Source: Octopus bimaculoides (Eukaryota). Taken from it: a stretch of 49,201 nt of DNA. Positions 24,699-36,900 of the stretch are shown piece after piece. The position numbers and the translations under genes are program-made. The notes beneath the pieces were generated by a model. The model worked only from the letters and a program-made list of their open reading frames with translations, made no database searches and was not told the origin of the DNA. The stretch covers positions 30,648,388-30,697,588 of the forward strand of contig NC_068993.1 in assembly GCF_001194135.2 (NCBI RefSeq). Reading direction: 5' to 3'. The stretch's first letter is position 1. Every line of letters starts with the position of its first letter.

Positions 24699-25290
24699 TT
24701 AAATAGTAATTCCGTTTACGTTTGTGTAACAGATAGAAAATACAGGTTGAAGCAAATGTATTCCAGCTTTTTCAAATGTTTGCCCTTGAGCCTTATGAAT
24801 TGTCATTGAATATGCAAGTCGAAGTGAAAACTGAAGTCTGTTTAGTGTGAATGGAATATTAGCATCACTTGGGCTGAGTTTAATTCTGGGAATTAGAACT
24901 GTTCGACCTCTGCTGGAACATGTTACCAATGATGCCTCTACAAAATATTCATGAAGTCTTTGCACTTTCTTGCGAGTTCCATTACATAATCCTTGAATGA
25001 TCGAAAGATTTCTTTGCAGCATTACAATAGCCCCTACTTTTAAGTTGAGGTGATGAGGAGGCATACCAGATGAAGTGAGTTTATGAATTCAAATTTATAG
25101 TTCTGAACCTCTTCTTCATTATTGCAGGACACTGTATTTGTGTTTAAGTACGTTTTAAGTGCCTCTGGTATATTATTAAGAACTTTTTAATTTATTGCAA
25201 GACAGTCAGAATTTTTAGGAGATAAAATTACTCGTTCTTCCATTATTTCTGGCGTGCAGTTGTTGAAAATTTCTGAGTACAAATGTACAA
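24699..25290 (-). mobile_element. Helitron Pif1-like helicase fragment
   Basis: MPPHHLNLKVGAIVMLQRNLSIIQGLCNGTR...VLIPRIKLSPSDANIPFTLNRLQFSLRLAYSMTIHKAQGQT, with ILSPKNSD upstream in a shifted frame. Confidence 0.9.
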
Positions 25291-25423
25291 ATTGAAATGC
25301 AAAAGAACGAAATAATAAATGGAATTATGAATGAAAGTTTGGTAAATGCGTTTATTTCCACCACATGACACTTATTATTGCAAACGTGTTTTAACTAACC
25401 TAAACTACACACACACACACACT

Positions 25424-25463
<40 letters not shown>

Positions 25464-25489
25464 TACATTCAATTATATATATATGCTTT

Positions 25490-25620
25490 GAGTTGTTGCT
25501 GTAATTCAAAGGGGCCAGCCTTGTAATATTCTGTGTGAGGCTGAATCTCCCTGAGAACTACGTAAATGTTATGCATATCTGTGGAGTACTCAGCCATTTG
25601 TGAGTTAATTTTATCCTTGT
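25490..25620. repeat. Probable interspersed repeat fragment of a different cephalopod SINE-like family
   Basis: gctgaatctccctgagaactacg..tctgtggagtactcagcca recalled as a common octopus repeat; there is no second copy in the window to confirm it. Confidence 0.3.
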
Positions 25621-26057
25621 GTGGTAATGGAAAGTGAAATTGACAGCCGATATATGCTGTGTCTATGTATCTGTATATGAACTTTTCTTTGGATTTATGT
25701 ATCTACTGTCTTTCTCTCTTTCTCTTTCACTTCCTTTGTATCCCTCTTCTCTCCCGCTTTTGATTTAACAATGCGTATGTATATCTATGTATCTACTTCT
25801 CTTGCGATGTGATAAACATTTAAAAACACAAAACGAACGAACGTCACCACTCACTGTCTCTTTGACTCTCTCCCTTTCTCACTCACTCTATCACTTTCTC
25901 TCTCACTCGCTCTTTCTCTCTCACTCTGTTTCACTCTATCTTTTCTCTTACTTCCTCTCTGTTCTTCTCTCTGTCCCTTTGCCACTTCTTTGAAGTAAGT
26001 GTGACGCACACAACATGTACGTACAAAAACAAAAAGTTAGCATATTAATATTATTGA

Positions 26058-26121
26058 CAATAATAATAATAATAATGACAACAACCACCACCACCACCAC
26101 AACAACAACAACAACAACAAC

Positions 26122-26187
<66 letters not shown>
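26058..26187. repeat. Compound trinucleotide microsatellite (AAT)n(ACC)n(AAC)n(AAT)n
   Basis: Direct reading; explains the poly-I, poly-T and poly-V ORFs. Confidence 0.95.
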
Positions 26188-26188
<1 letters not shown>

Positions 26189-27034
26189 TTGAGCATTAGC
26201 ATTTACTAATTTACCAAAAGGTATCATACATTTTGATTTTAATATAAATTTTAGGGAGATATAAATTAAAACTTTAAGTATAATTAATGTAACTTAATAT
26301 AACTGTACTTACAAACATAACATAAGTTAAATATAACATAATATGATCATAAATAGTATACACTATGTTATGTTATATTATATGATACTTAAAAATCAGT
26401 TTAATAGTAATAGAAATAATAATATTGAGTATTGATCTCTGTTAATTAATCGCATAACATTATACATTTTGATTTAGATACAAATGCTATAAATCTATCA
26501 ATGGAATCAATTTTGATGGCGTAATACACCAAATAAATCCGGGTAATATTAATAAATGTACAGAGTAGGTCCAAATATGAATATTAAATGCCCAATCCCA
26601 ACGTATATCTAAATGTATAAATATATATTTCTATAATATAACTAGTAATAAATATGATCATTAATATAATTACTGTAATAAGCTTTCAATAATATACATA
26701 TACACTTAAGAACTAATAAAAAAAATTTACAACGAAATTTCTATATACTCACGCACATTTATATATACCAATATATAAATATATAATATATATATACATA
26801 CATACGCATGTCCGTGTATAAATATATAAATATGAACATACACGATCGCAAAAATATGAAACATACTTTTGTATCTAAATATAAATAATATATAATTAAT
26901 TAAACTTTCACCATGAATGCATATTTGAGAACTAATATACCAATTTAAGAAGAAAACATACACATATATATATATGTATACAAAACACACATACACAGTA
27001 ATACATAAACAAAGATATCTATACGTGTTTAATA

Positions 27035-27197
27035 CGTTCTGAGTTCAAATTCCGCCGAGGTCGACTTTACCTATCATCCTTTCGGGGTCGATTAAATAAG
27101 TACCAGTTACGCACTGGGGTTGATGTAATCGACTTTATCCCATTGTTTGTCCTTGTTTGTCCCCTCTATGTTTAGCCCCCTGTGGGCAATAAAGAAA
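27035..27197 (+). mobile_element. SINE family A, 5'-truncated
   Basis: B-box-like gagttcaaattcc, then gtcgactttacctatcatcctttcggggtcgattaaataagtaccag...ctggggttgatgtaatcgact, shared with the copies at 35392, 42068 and 47401. Confidence 0.85.
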
Positions 27198-27499
27198 TAT
27201 ATATATATATAAATATATGTAGGGCGGTGGGTATGGCGATGGGGCGTGTAGGAGTGAGGTATGTAGGGGTGGGGGGAGGGAAGTACCAATGAAGAGAGAA
27301 GTTTGGTAGGAGTGAAGAGAGGAAGTACGTATCAGATGAAGAGAGGAGAGGAGGGGTATCGGATGAAGACAGTAGGGGAGTTGAGCCCAAGTGGCGCAAA
27401 GGAGCGAAGAAATAAGATTAATCCCTGTTCACGGCGAAGGCGGGAGTGCGGATGGTCCCTGTGCAAAGACAATCCGAACACAAATTGGTGTTGTAGTGA

Positions 27500-27793
27500 A
27501 TGACCGGTAGAGCGGAAATAGCGGGAGACCGGGGTGTCATCGCGGAGTCTGATGTCTCGGAAGTGCTCCGCGAATCAGTCAGCCAAGCGGCGTCAGATGT
27601 ACAGAGAAGGGCAGAAATAGTAGGAGATGCAGTAATTGACGTTGCTAGGAGTGCAGGTAAAGGAATCAGTGACATGATAGGGACGATGATGGGGGTGCCA
27701 GTGAGGATGGCGGTGTTGGAGAAGCACATATACACACACGTGTACAAACATGAATATAAATTTGTTTCACTTTTACTTTGTATTATTCCATGA
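27500..27793 (+). other. GC-rich orphan ORF (97 aa) with coding-like codon pattern; product unknown
   Basis: About 70 codons with a strong G-first bias (AESDVSEVLRESVSQAASDVQRRAEIVGDAVIDVARSAGKGISDMIGTMMGVPVRMAVL) in a GC-rich patch flanked by very AT-rich DNA; the C-terminus runs into low-complexity sequence. Confidence 0.3.
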
Positions 27794-28841
27794 ACATAAA
27801 TTTTATTTCACTTTAACTTTCTTAACATTACCTTACTTTTTTATTCTATAACTCATCATTCATGTTCATTATTATTATTATTAATATTATTATTGAATTA
27901 AAATAAGAGGAATAATATTAAAGCGTGCGTATGCACACACATGTACATACACACATAATAAACATGTTTCTATATTCTGAGTATTCCACACGTGCCCTAA
28001 TGTAATCCTTGCTGTCCTTTCTACAGCCAATGATTTTCCATACAAGGCACTTAAAATGCAAAATTATATATTTATATATGTTTTGTCATTTTAATTTTGT
28101 TTATGACATGAAACAATTGTTGGTGAATATGTTGATTGATTAATGAATTAGATCTCTCTGTTTACTAACTCAATAATAATGTTTGATATTTTATATTTTA
28201 TATATATTCATTGAAGAAATATCTCTTCAAAATATATATTAAACAAGTTTATCTTGGATAAAATATTTCTGCAAGGGGTGTAAATATCCTCATTGTGACT
28301 ATATATATAAAGTAAATAATTCTATAAATATAATTATAAAATTATAATAACCCTACCAAGTAATTCCAAATGCTAGAAAAAGATGCCAAACGGCTGTAAA
28401 CTCCCTGAAAGCGAGGGAATAAAAAAAAAGATTTTTTGAAAAAAATTACCCGGAGATCAATAGATTCGGGGTTTAGTGTTGTATAAAGAGTATGATAGAA
28501 TATGTACTAGGCTTAAAAAAGATATACATTCGTTCGTATATCGTATATTGCACATATATTTCATGTTTGTATGTTCACTTTCTATATGCATATTAATTTC
28601 TTATTTGTTTGTTCACTTTCTGTGATGTTTGGTCCCTTGTTCGTTGGCTCGTTATTTCCCGGTTCTCGTTGGCTCGTTATTTCCAGCTTCTCACTGCCGT
28701 CTCCACCAAAGGGACTCAATATTATCGGTTGAAGGCGCGAAATCCCGTTGACCCTTTGGCCGAAAACGGATGAGGATTTGGTGACCTGTGTTTGTTTTCT
28801 GTTTGTTTGCGCATACATTACACGTTTCTTAACTTACAATC

Positions 28842-28901
<60 letters not shown>

Positions 28902-29519
28902 CGCATGTATATATATATATATATACATGTAGGTGCGTGTATATGTACGTATAGATATATATTCATGCATGAACACATACATTTTCATATGTATTCCCTT
29001 TACTGGAGGCTATACTGGGGTACCGCCTTTGTGTTAATGGCTTTTCTTTTCTGCATTGTTTCTGGTGAAGTAGCAAGCCAGACGGAGCTGCTCGTCTCTG
29101 AGGTTGTGTGGCTGAGTGTTGAGATGTTTTAAACCTTTGAAACATAAGCTATTGCAGTATCATTCTGAATGGAAAAGACGAGACCTTTGGTACTACGCAA
29201 TACCGTCCAGTTCGGTGGTTAGTATTACTTTCAGTCACAAAGTGAGGAACTATACATTCTTGGATCTTCCGTATGTATATCACTTCATGCCTTACGCATC
29301 ATCTCTCCAGGGATCATAGCCTCAGTTCCTTTAGCCTCTCCCAATAGCTTATCTGTTGTAGCTAGTTAATATTCTTCATGTTATACAGTTGGATATGTAC
29401 TGTATTTGCCGGTGACCGCCATATCAGCACACCGTCAAATACCCGAAATATATACGTTAAGTATATGTGGTGCTTCAATATGACCGCTGTCAACTGACTG
29501 AAATAGGTAAAAGAATATA

Positions 29520-30793
29520 TTGGGTTGTCCGGAAAGTTCGTGCTGATTTTGAAAGGAAAGAAAAAGGTCAATAAATACTTGCAATTACACTTTTAATCAA
29601 CTAAATATAAATCATTTTGTTGCACAATGCGTCTCCATCTTTTCAACTTGAAAATACCTTCTTCCCAGAATTGAGGTGGTTTCATGGCAAAGAATTCATC
29701 AAGGTATCTTTTTACGTCATCCAAGGAATTGAAATTTTTACCATTGAGACTATTCTGCAGAGACCTGAATAAGTGGAAATCCAAAGGAGCAATATCTGGT
29801 GAATATGCAGGGTGAGGTAACACACCCCAGCCGAGTTGCAGCAATTTTTGTCCGGTTCCTAAAGAAACGTGCGGTCTTGCATTATCATATTGGAAAACAA
29901 CACCCTTCCTGTTAGCCAATTCTGGAAGTTTCTCTTGAATTGCTGCTTTTAACTCGCCCAGTTGTGTGCAGTATTTCTCAGAATTAATTGTTTGTTTACT
30001 TGGGAGAATCTCATGGTACAAAATTCCTTTCCAATCCCACCAGACACAAAGCAAGACTTTTTTAGGGTGAAGATCCGCTTTTGGGGTGGTTAAGGGTGGC
30101 TCATGTCGCTTACTCCAGGATCGCTTTCTCTGAACATTTCGGTAGATAATCCATTTCTCATTAGCTGTCACAATTAGCTTTAAAAAAGGCACGTTTTCAT
30201 TTCGCTTATAAAGCGAATCACAGATGGAAATGCGATCCAAAAGGTTCTTCTTACTCAACTCATGTGGTACCCAAACATCGTAGCGATTTGTGTACCCAAG
30301 CTTTACCAGGTATTCATGAACGATGCATTTTGATAGGTTAAGACTTTCTGCCAATTTTCGGGTTGTGCAATGTGGGTTATTCTCAATTAATGACTTGATT
30401 TGGTCATCATCTGTAGTGGATGGTCTGCCTGATCGCTCTTTATCAATAAGGCTACAATCTCCAGCTTGGAACTTTGCGAACCACATCCGTACATTTCTAA
30501 AGAAGCATCACTGCAAACTGCACATGTTTCTTTGGCTGCTTGTGAGGCATTTTTCCCTTTACAGAAAAAGAAAAGCATCAAGTGCCGAAAATGAACTTTC
30601 TTATCTTCCATTTTAAAGGGTTACAGAATTAACACAGATTATAAGAACATAAACCTTCTTCCACGAAAAAATAGCTTAAACTGTGCTCTAAATGGAGGTG
30701 TAGTCAAATCCTATTTTATGGACTGAACCATGTTCTAAAATAAGTCGAAAGGTAAGCTACTATATTTCGGCACGAACTTTCCGGACAATCCAA
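29520..30793 (-). mobile_element. Near-intact mariner (1274 bp), mellifera-subfamily-like
   Basis: 27-bp TIRs ttgggttgtccggaaagttcgtgctga / ttggattgtccggaaagttcgtgccga (2 mismatches); TA at 29518-29519 and 30794-30795. Confidence 0.95.
29593..30611 (-). pseudogene. Mariner DD34D transposase with one frameshift near 30490 and the first catalytic Asp replaced (IVTANEKW)
   Basis: MEDKKVHFRHLMLFFF, WFAKF, ERSGRP, WVPHEL, WWDWKG, YDNARPH and YSPDIAPLDFHLF; 34 residues between the second and third Asp, counted by hand. Confidence 0.92.
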
Positions 30794-30923
30794 TATATAT
30801 GTGTGTGTGTCTGTATCACATTCATACAGACATGTCTGTTTCCAACTTATATATTTCTATATTTGTTTTTCCTCTCCTCTATCTTCACAAAGAACACCTC
30901 CATGATCGCCGTGGTCGTGGTTG

Positions 30924-30952
30924 TCATCATCATCACTATCATCATCATCATC

Positions 30953-30984
<32 letters not shown>

Positions 30985-30994
30985 CACCACCACC

Positions 30995-31026
<32 letters not shown>

Positions 31027-31030
31027 AATA
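30924..31030. repeat. Compound trinucleotide microsatellite (CAT)n(GAC)n(CAC)n(CAT)n
   Basis: Direct reading; explains the poly-H, poly-D and poly-T ORFs. Confidence 0.95.
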
Positions 31031-31431
31031 ACCGACTAATGTGTTGACTTAATACTGGTTCCTCCTCCGCTCATATTTTGCATTGACTTACCGATGCGGA
31101 ACAAGGATCGGACACTAATTTTCTCAGTTATGTTCTAAGCCTATTGTAAATTATATTTGCAGCTCGAACCTTCATATTACTCGAACTATTTTTCATGTAT
31201 TTTTCATGTATTTTTCAACTGATGTTGAAAGTTAATATTTTAGAAAAGTACATTATATTACTTTACCAAGTTAAGTATTTATATACTGTGCATTTACCAG
31301 AAAATGTTGACTTTTCTAATTCTTTTCTTAGTAGTAATTTTTTGAAAGCCGTGGTTTTATCCCTTGCCGCTGAAAATTACCCGTTCCTGCCGGCCAGCAG
31401 AAACGTTATGCCATGCTACAACATACAAACA

Positions 31432-31559
<128 letters not shown>

Positions 31560-32428
31560 ATGATTCTTCACTATTATACATCGCAATAAGTAGGTATGAA
31601 ATGAATGGCATATACTGAACACGTAATGTCTTGTTTTTATCTCTGTGATATTTATATCGAGATAGGTATAACTTCAAGTTTGTATAACGAAACTGAAAGG
31701 TGCTGATGTGTCCTATGCAAAATCACTCAGCAGAAGCATAAATGCAACAATACTAAAAAAGAACAATAATCAAGAAGATAAATGAAAGAAAACATTCTTC
31801 AGTGTAGTATATTTTTTATTGTGTTTATGATGATTAATATATTTATTGGAAGCTTTGGAAAACATCTGTAAAACACATTTCACTTACTTAGGTATTAGTC
31901 TTCCAAGTTACAACAGATTGCGATAGAGGATAATGAAATATATGGAATAGTGAGACAGAAAACGTCATGATTATCAATGCAATTATAGAAAAAATCTCCG
32001 CCTACGGTTGCTTAAAATATAGAAATAGCGGTCATAACTCTATTTTTATCAGATATTGGAAATTTGTTGTGAAGTAGATGAGTGGGTGTGATTGTGGCTT
32101 TGAAAATATACGGTGAATGTAGCAATAAATGTCTCAATTGTGTTAGATCTCATCACAGAAAAACATTCATCACAGATGGTAAGACAGTAAATTAATGTGT
32201 ATATATTTACGTATGTCTGTATGTGTATGTATGTTTGTATGTATGCGAGTATATATATAATTATATATATATAATTATATACATGATTTTGAAATAGAGG
32301 GAGAATAGGTACACTGATGATGGGATCGACAATGTGTGTGAATCTAATTTAGGGAATACACTGCCTTGTGTTAATATCGTTTATAATAAAATGAGTTGAA
32401 CAATTTTATACGAAATATGATTATAAGC

Positions 32429-32523
<95 letters not shown>

Positions 32524-32561
32524 TATAGATAGATATATAGATATATGTATGTATGTATGCA

Positions 32562-32596
<35 letters not shown>

Positions 32597-32924
32597 GCAC
32601 ACATACACTCACACTCAAAGTGTAGAGATTATATATCTTATTAGTTGAGCCTGCTTGAATCGGTCAATTATAGCCTCACATAATTGCCTCTTGGTGTGAA
32701 ACTTCATTCTCGGAGTGCTATAATTTTCTATTCAAGTTTTTGCAATATTGAACCAATTCATATTCTTTAAACATATGTCACTGAAAATATGAAAATATCT
32801 CTTGCCATTGACTAACTCTAATTCGAAATATTACGAATATATTTAGTTGTATATTAATTGTTACGCTGTTTCTTTGCTTCAGTCATTTGAGTAGTATATT
32901 ATACGTAATACACACAAACACACA

Positions 32925-32960
<36 letters not shown>

Positions 32961-33770
32961 CACACACAAACACACACATACACACACACGCACTCACGCA
33001 CGCACGCACACACCCTGCCATATATATACAACAAATTATAAATAATGGTTATCACATTCATTTATTGCAGTAAATTTGACATACGACTGTTTCCGATCAT
33101 CATTATATGTTCATTTTTAAAGAAGTAATGCTATCTGCTATCCTCATCAGAGACAGAATTCTGATGAAAAACAAAGTAGAACAATGATAAATGAACGATA
33201 CACTCTTGAGAGAGGGAGCTAAAAGAGGGAATAAGTATAAGTTGAGTGGAAGAGAGATATAGAAAAAAAAAGGAAAAAGAAGTGATGAGCTTGAAAAAAT
33301 AAAAACCAAAGAGAAAGAGACAGAAAGAAAAGGAAGAGAATGAACAGACTAGGGGAGGCACGGTATGAAAAAGGAAGAAAAGGATATATGATAGCTAGAG
33401 ATTAAAGAGGGGACAATAATATAAACAGTAGTGTGTGTAATTGGGTCATCACAATCAAAAACATACACAGGTCTTCTGGTCAGATACTATACAGATAATG
33501 TATTAGTCAGCTTGGAATGAAAAAGCAACAACAATAATAAGGTGGGTTGGTGGAGAATGCTCTAGCAAAAGCGATAATAAATAGAAAAGGTTAAAAATAA
33601 AATAAATAAATTAGATAACTTGCATTTATCCTTTAGGTATCATACCGATCTTGCCCATTGCTTTTTACTTTAGAATTAAAATCATCTAGGGAACCTACTG
33701 AAGGATTTATTATAGGAATGCTTACAGCTATTGGTTAATTCTTGCCTTAGGTTACTCTCTGACGCAAGTA

Positions 33771-35015
33771 CGAGGGACGGCTGAAAATTCATTGGCTGAG
33801 CCAGATACTCTTATGGAATGGGAACAAATGAAATTTATTTTTCAAGGTAGTCCCTTTTGCAGTCTACACTCTTCTTCCATCAGTGTTACAGTGCTTAGAT
33901 CCCATTGATGAATAAGATTTTTTCTCAATGATCAAAAAAGTCATCAACAGCAGGTATAACGTCATCACCACTGTAATACTATTTTCCGGCAAAGTGTTTT
34001 TCATGTTGGAAAACAGATCATAGTCAGATGAGGCCAAATTGGGAGAGTGGTATAGGCGTGTGTGATTAACGAATTCAACGCTACAGTCATGTACAAGAAA
34101 CATTGAAACCAAGGACTTGTATACTGGAGCATTGTTCTAATGAAACAAAACCTCTTGCATCAGATTTCGTGGGCGTTCGGTGCTGAAGCCTTTCGTAACT
34201 GCCACAGCAAGTTGGTATAGTACTCTCCATTGATGGTCTGGCCCTTTTGAAGATAGTCAATAAACATAATGCCTTTTGCATCCCCACAAAAACTGAGGCC
34301 ATCACCTTCCCTGCGGATGAAACGACCTTAGCCGTCTTTGGAACAGGCGAGGAGGGAAAATGACGATCCCAACACCCATTCCGGGTTAGGAAACTGTCAA
34401 GCTAGCAAACTGGATCTGCCTGAAACAATGTTAGATTTTTCTCTGATGTGATCTGCCTGGTACGCTTTTGATCAGAATATTTAGTACCTGCCGAGCAAAT
34501 CCTTCGTCATGCCCAGTCCATTGTGCAGAATATTCTCAACTCTTTCACGGGATATGCTAATAACATTGACTGTTTGATTGTAGTCAATCGCCTGTCATCC
34601 ATCACCATGTGGTGAACACGAGCAATGGTTTCCTCGGTGGTTACAATTGCAGGGCGCTCAGACCTTGGGTCATCTTCAAGACTTCGTTATCCTCCTAAAT
34701 TCAGCTGCACACTTTTAAACTGTTGACAAAGCTGGAGCATCATTCCCCCCGTGTGGAAACCATGCCAGCATTAATGACCTTGGAAAGTAAACCCTTTATC
34801 TGCAGGTGCATCATAATACCATAATACCAAATTTTGTCGATTTTCAAGAGAAGTCGCTACTAGTTACTTTGAAGTCTTCTGTGAACAGTCAGGTGTCAGT
34901 TTTGCCGGAAAAAAATAATGCAGTAATGATATGAAGGTTTGAAATTAATGCATGCAAGATTTCTCTGCTCTAGCATCACTCATTTGTAGTCATCCACTTT
35001 TCAGCCACAACACGT
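33771..35015 (-). mobile_element. Old full-length mariner (irritans-like N-terminus), heavily degraded
   Basis: TA-cgagggacggctgaaaa at the left end and degraded acttttcagccacaacacgt at the right. Minus frames give DAPALSTV*KCAAEF..SLEDDPRSERP and YHSPNLASSDYDLF. Confidence 0.8.
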
Positions 35016-35391
35016 TTTGAAGTGACTTATCTAAGTAGAGTTCGCATGTCTTTCGTCCTATTTAATACTTTTTGCTCCACTAAAAATCGACCGTTCTAAA
35101 TCACATTTTTTTTTTCTTGTGCCTATTTTGCCATATTAGCTTGCTAACTGATGTCCAATTTTCTTTTTTTGTGTTTAAGTGACGAGATGTGGTTAAAGAA
35201 GCTTAAGAATTGTTACATAACATTCTATGTAATCGTAAGTTTTAGTATGGGTAACAACAATGCATTTGCAGACTACGTTCTCAAGACATAATTCATTTAA
35301 CGGATATCTATTTCCTCCTCTTCAGTCATAATTCCTCGTGTCCTTCTTATTACTACCAGCTGTGTGGTTATGAGTCCTATTGTTGTTGTTA

Positions 35392-35580
35392 GTACGCCAG
35401 GTGAAATGCTCAGCGGCATTTCGTCCGCTTTGACGTTATGAGTTCAAATACCGCCAAGGACGATTTTGCCTTTCATCCTTTCGGGGTCGATAAATTAAGT
35501 ACCAGTGAAACACTGGGGGTCGATTTAATCCGCTTGTCCCTCCCTCAAATGTTCAGGCCTTCTCTCTTTAGCAGAAAGGA
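35392..35580 (+). mobile_element. SINE family A
   Basis: gaaatgctcagcggcatttcgtcc..gagttcaaataccgcc..gcctttcatcctttcggggtcgataaattaagtaccag. Confidence 0.85.
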
Positions 35581-35627
35581 TTCTTCTTCTTCTTCTTCTT
35601 CTTCTTCTTCTTCTTCTTCTTCTTCTT

Positions 35628-35780
35628 GTTTGGTGAACACTCACAGCTTATTTTGCTGGAAATGATGGAAAGTGTCGGCTGTCCACAGCCAGCAGACTAA
35701 GGTGACACTTGTTTACTGGTCATACATCAAGAACTCTTTGCAGAGTTCTTGCAGTTCCAAGCAATGCTAATTTTTGATAA
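35628..35780 (-). mobile_element. 3' end of an R4/Dong-like (RLE-type) non-LTR retrotransposon with a (GAA)n tail
   Basis: Minus strand QKIALLGTARTLQRVLDV* (the LQKxALLGTAxILRxVL terminus), a short UTR, then (TTC)n at 35580-35625 on the plus strand. Confidence 0.75.
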
Positions 35781-35811
35781 TATTATTATTATTATTATTA
35801 TTATTATGTTG

Positions 35812-36645
35812 TTTTTTCTTCTTTCTTCAAATTTTCTTCCATTTCTCACCAAGTGTTTTCTGTACACCTAGGGCAGAGAAGCTCATTGTATGCATTCCCA
35901 GTTTACACACGCAAATTCACAGGTAAATTCACAGATAATTGTGGCCCGGTCATTGTCATGTACCTTCTTTGGCACATGTTTATACCATTTCTTGTCAGTT
36001 TTTATGTTGCAATGTTTGGCATATTGTCCTGCTTTTATAGTTGCTTGTGGTCAGGCATTGGTCTTCTGCAGTGAAAATCAGTCCCTCTCTTTAAGCTTTT
36101 AGTCCTGAGTTTTGGGGCAATTTTCGGCTTTTACTAAGGCTCACTTCTTTTTTGTCAAACCGTGCAGGGTATTGGTCATGGAGTGAGTTTTCTCTCCACT
36201 TCTTCTTCAGGTTCTTTTCTAGTTCTCTTTTCATATTTTTTGTTGTCTCTTCTGTTATGTTGTCATCTGATCTCAGTTAGTTTCTGCTTTGTATTTTATC
36301 GCCTTCTTATATATAGAGAAAAGTGTTTTCTTTTTCTCGTGTTGCTTTATTACATAGAGTAGTCTTCCACTTTTTGTTTCTAGGTACTTTTCTAGCCCAA
36401 CTGTTGTTATTTTATAATAGTTCTCTATCTGTATCAGACCACGACCTCCTTCTGAGCGGTGTAGATATATTCTCTGTGTCTGCTTTGGGGTGGTAACTTC
36501 GGTATGCTGTTAATAATTTTCTGGTTTTTCCAAGTTTCTCAATTCACTGATCTTACGGTTTATGATGTTGAAGCTGTGATTTATGACATACCGAGCGTAT
36601 TTATCCCTAATATTTTATTTTAGCATTGAGTTCAGTGTTTAATAT
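35812..36645 (-). mobile_element. R4/Dong-like non-LTR retrotransposon fragment, internally deleted, flanked by (TAA)n-type tracts
   Basis: Minus-strand reading across frameshifts: ELNAK.., TRKLLTAYRSYHPKADTE..YLHRSEGGRGLIQIE, SGLKA*REGLIFTAEDQCLTTSNY and KKWYKHVPKKVHDNDRATII. Confidence 0.8.
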
Positions 36646-36799
36646 TAATTTAACACTTATGTAATACTCTCTCCTTAATTTTCTCTTCCATTTCTATGAT
36701 GTATTTTAGCTGTTTCGTCTATGCCTAGATATTTCTATGAACGAGTGTGGTTTAATTCTCTGATTCCTGTGTCTATGCTGATTGCAGCGTTATCATCAT

Positions 36800-36834
36800 T
36801 ATTATATTATTATTATTATTATTATTATTATTAT

Positions 36835-36900
<66 letters not shown>
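36800..36900. repeat. (ATT)n/(ACT)n microsatellite
   Basis: Direct reading; explains the poly-Y, poly-T and poly-S ORFs. Confidence 0.95.

Noticed and set aside
28641-28684. CRISPR-like repeat-spacer pattern (also the 21-nt units at about 45707-45765 and the 9-mers at 14178-14216)
   Set aside because: Only 2-4 units, no unique spacers of regular length, eukaryotic context and no cas genes.
31085-31400. Strong minus-strand donor (gtaagt near 31090) and a possible 35-nt exon near 31365-31400
   Set aside because: All frames upstream of the first donor contain stops, and the second candidate has no linked exons or homology.
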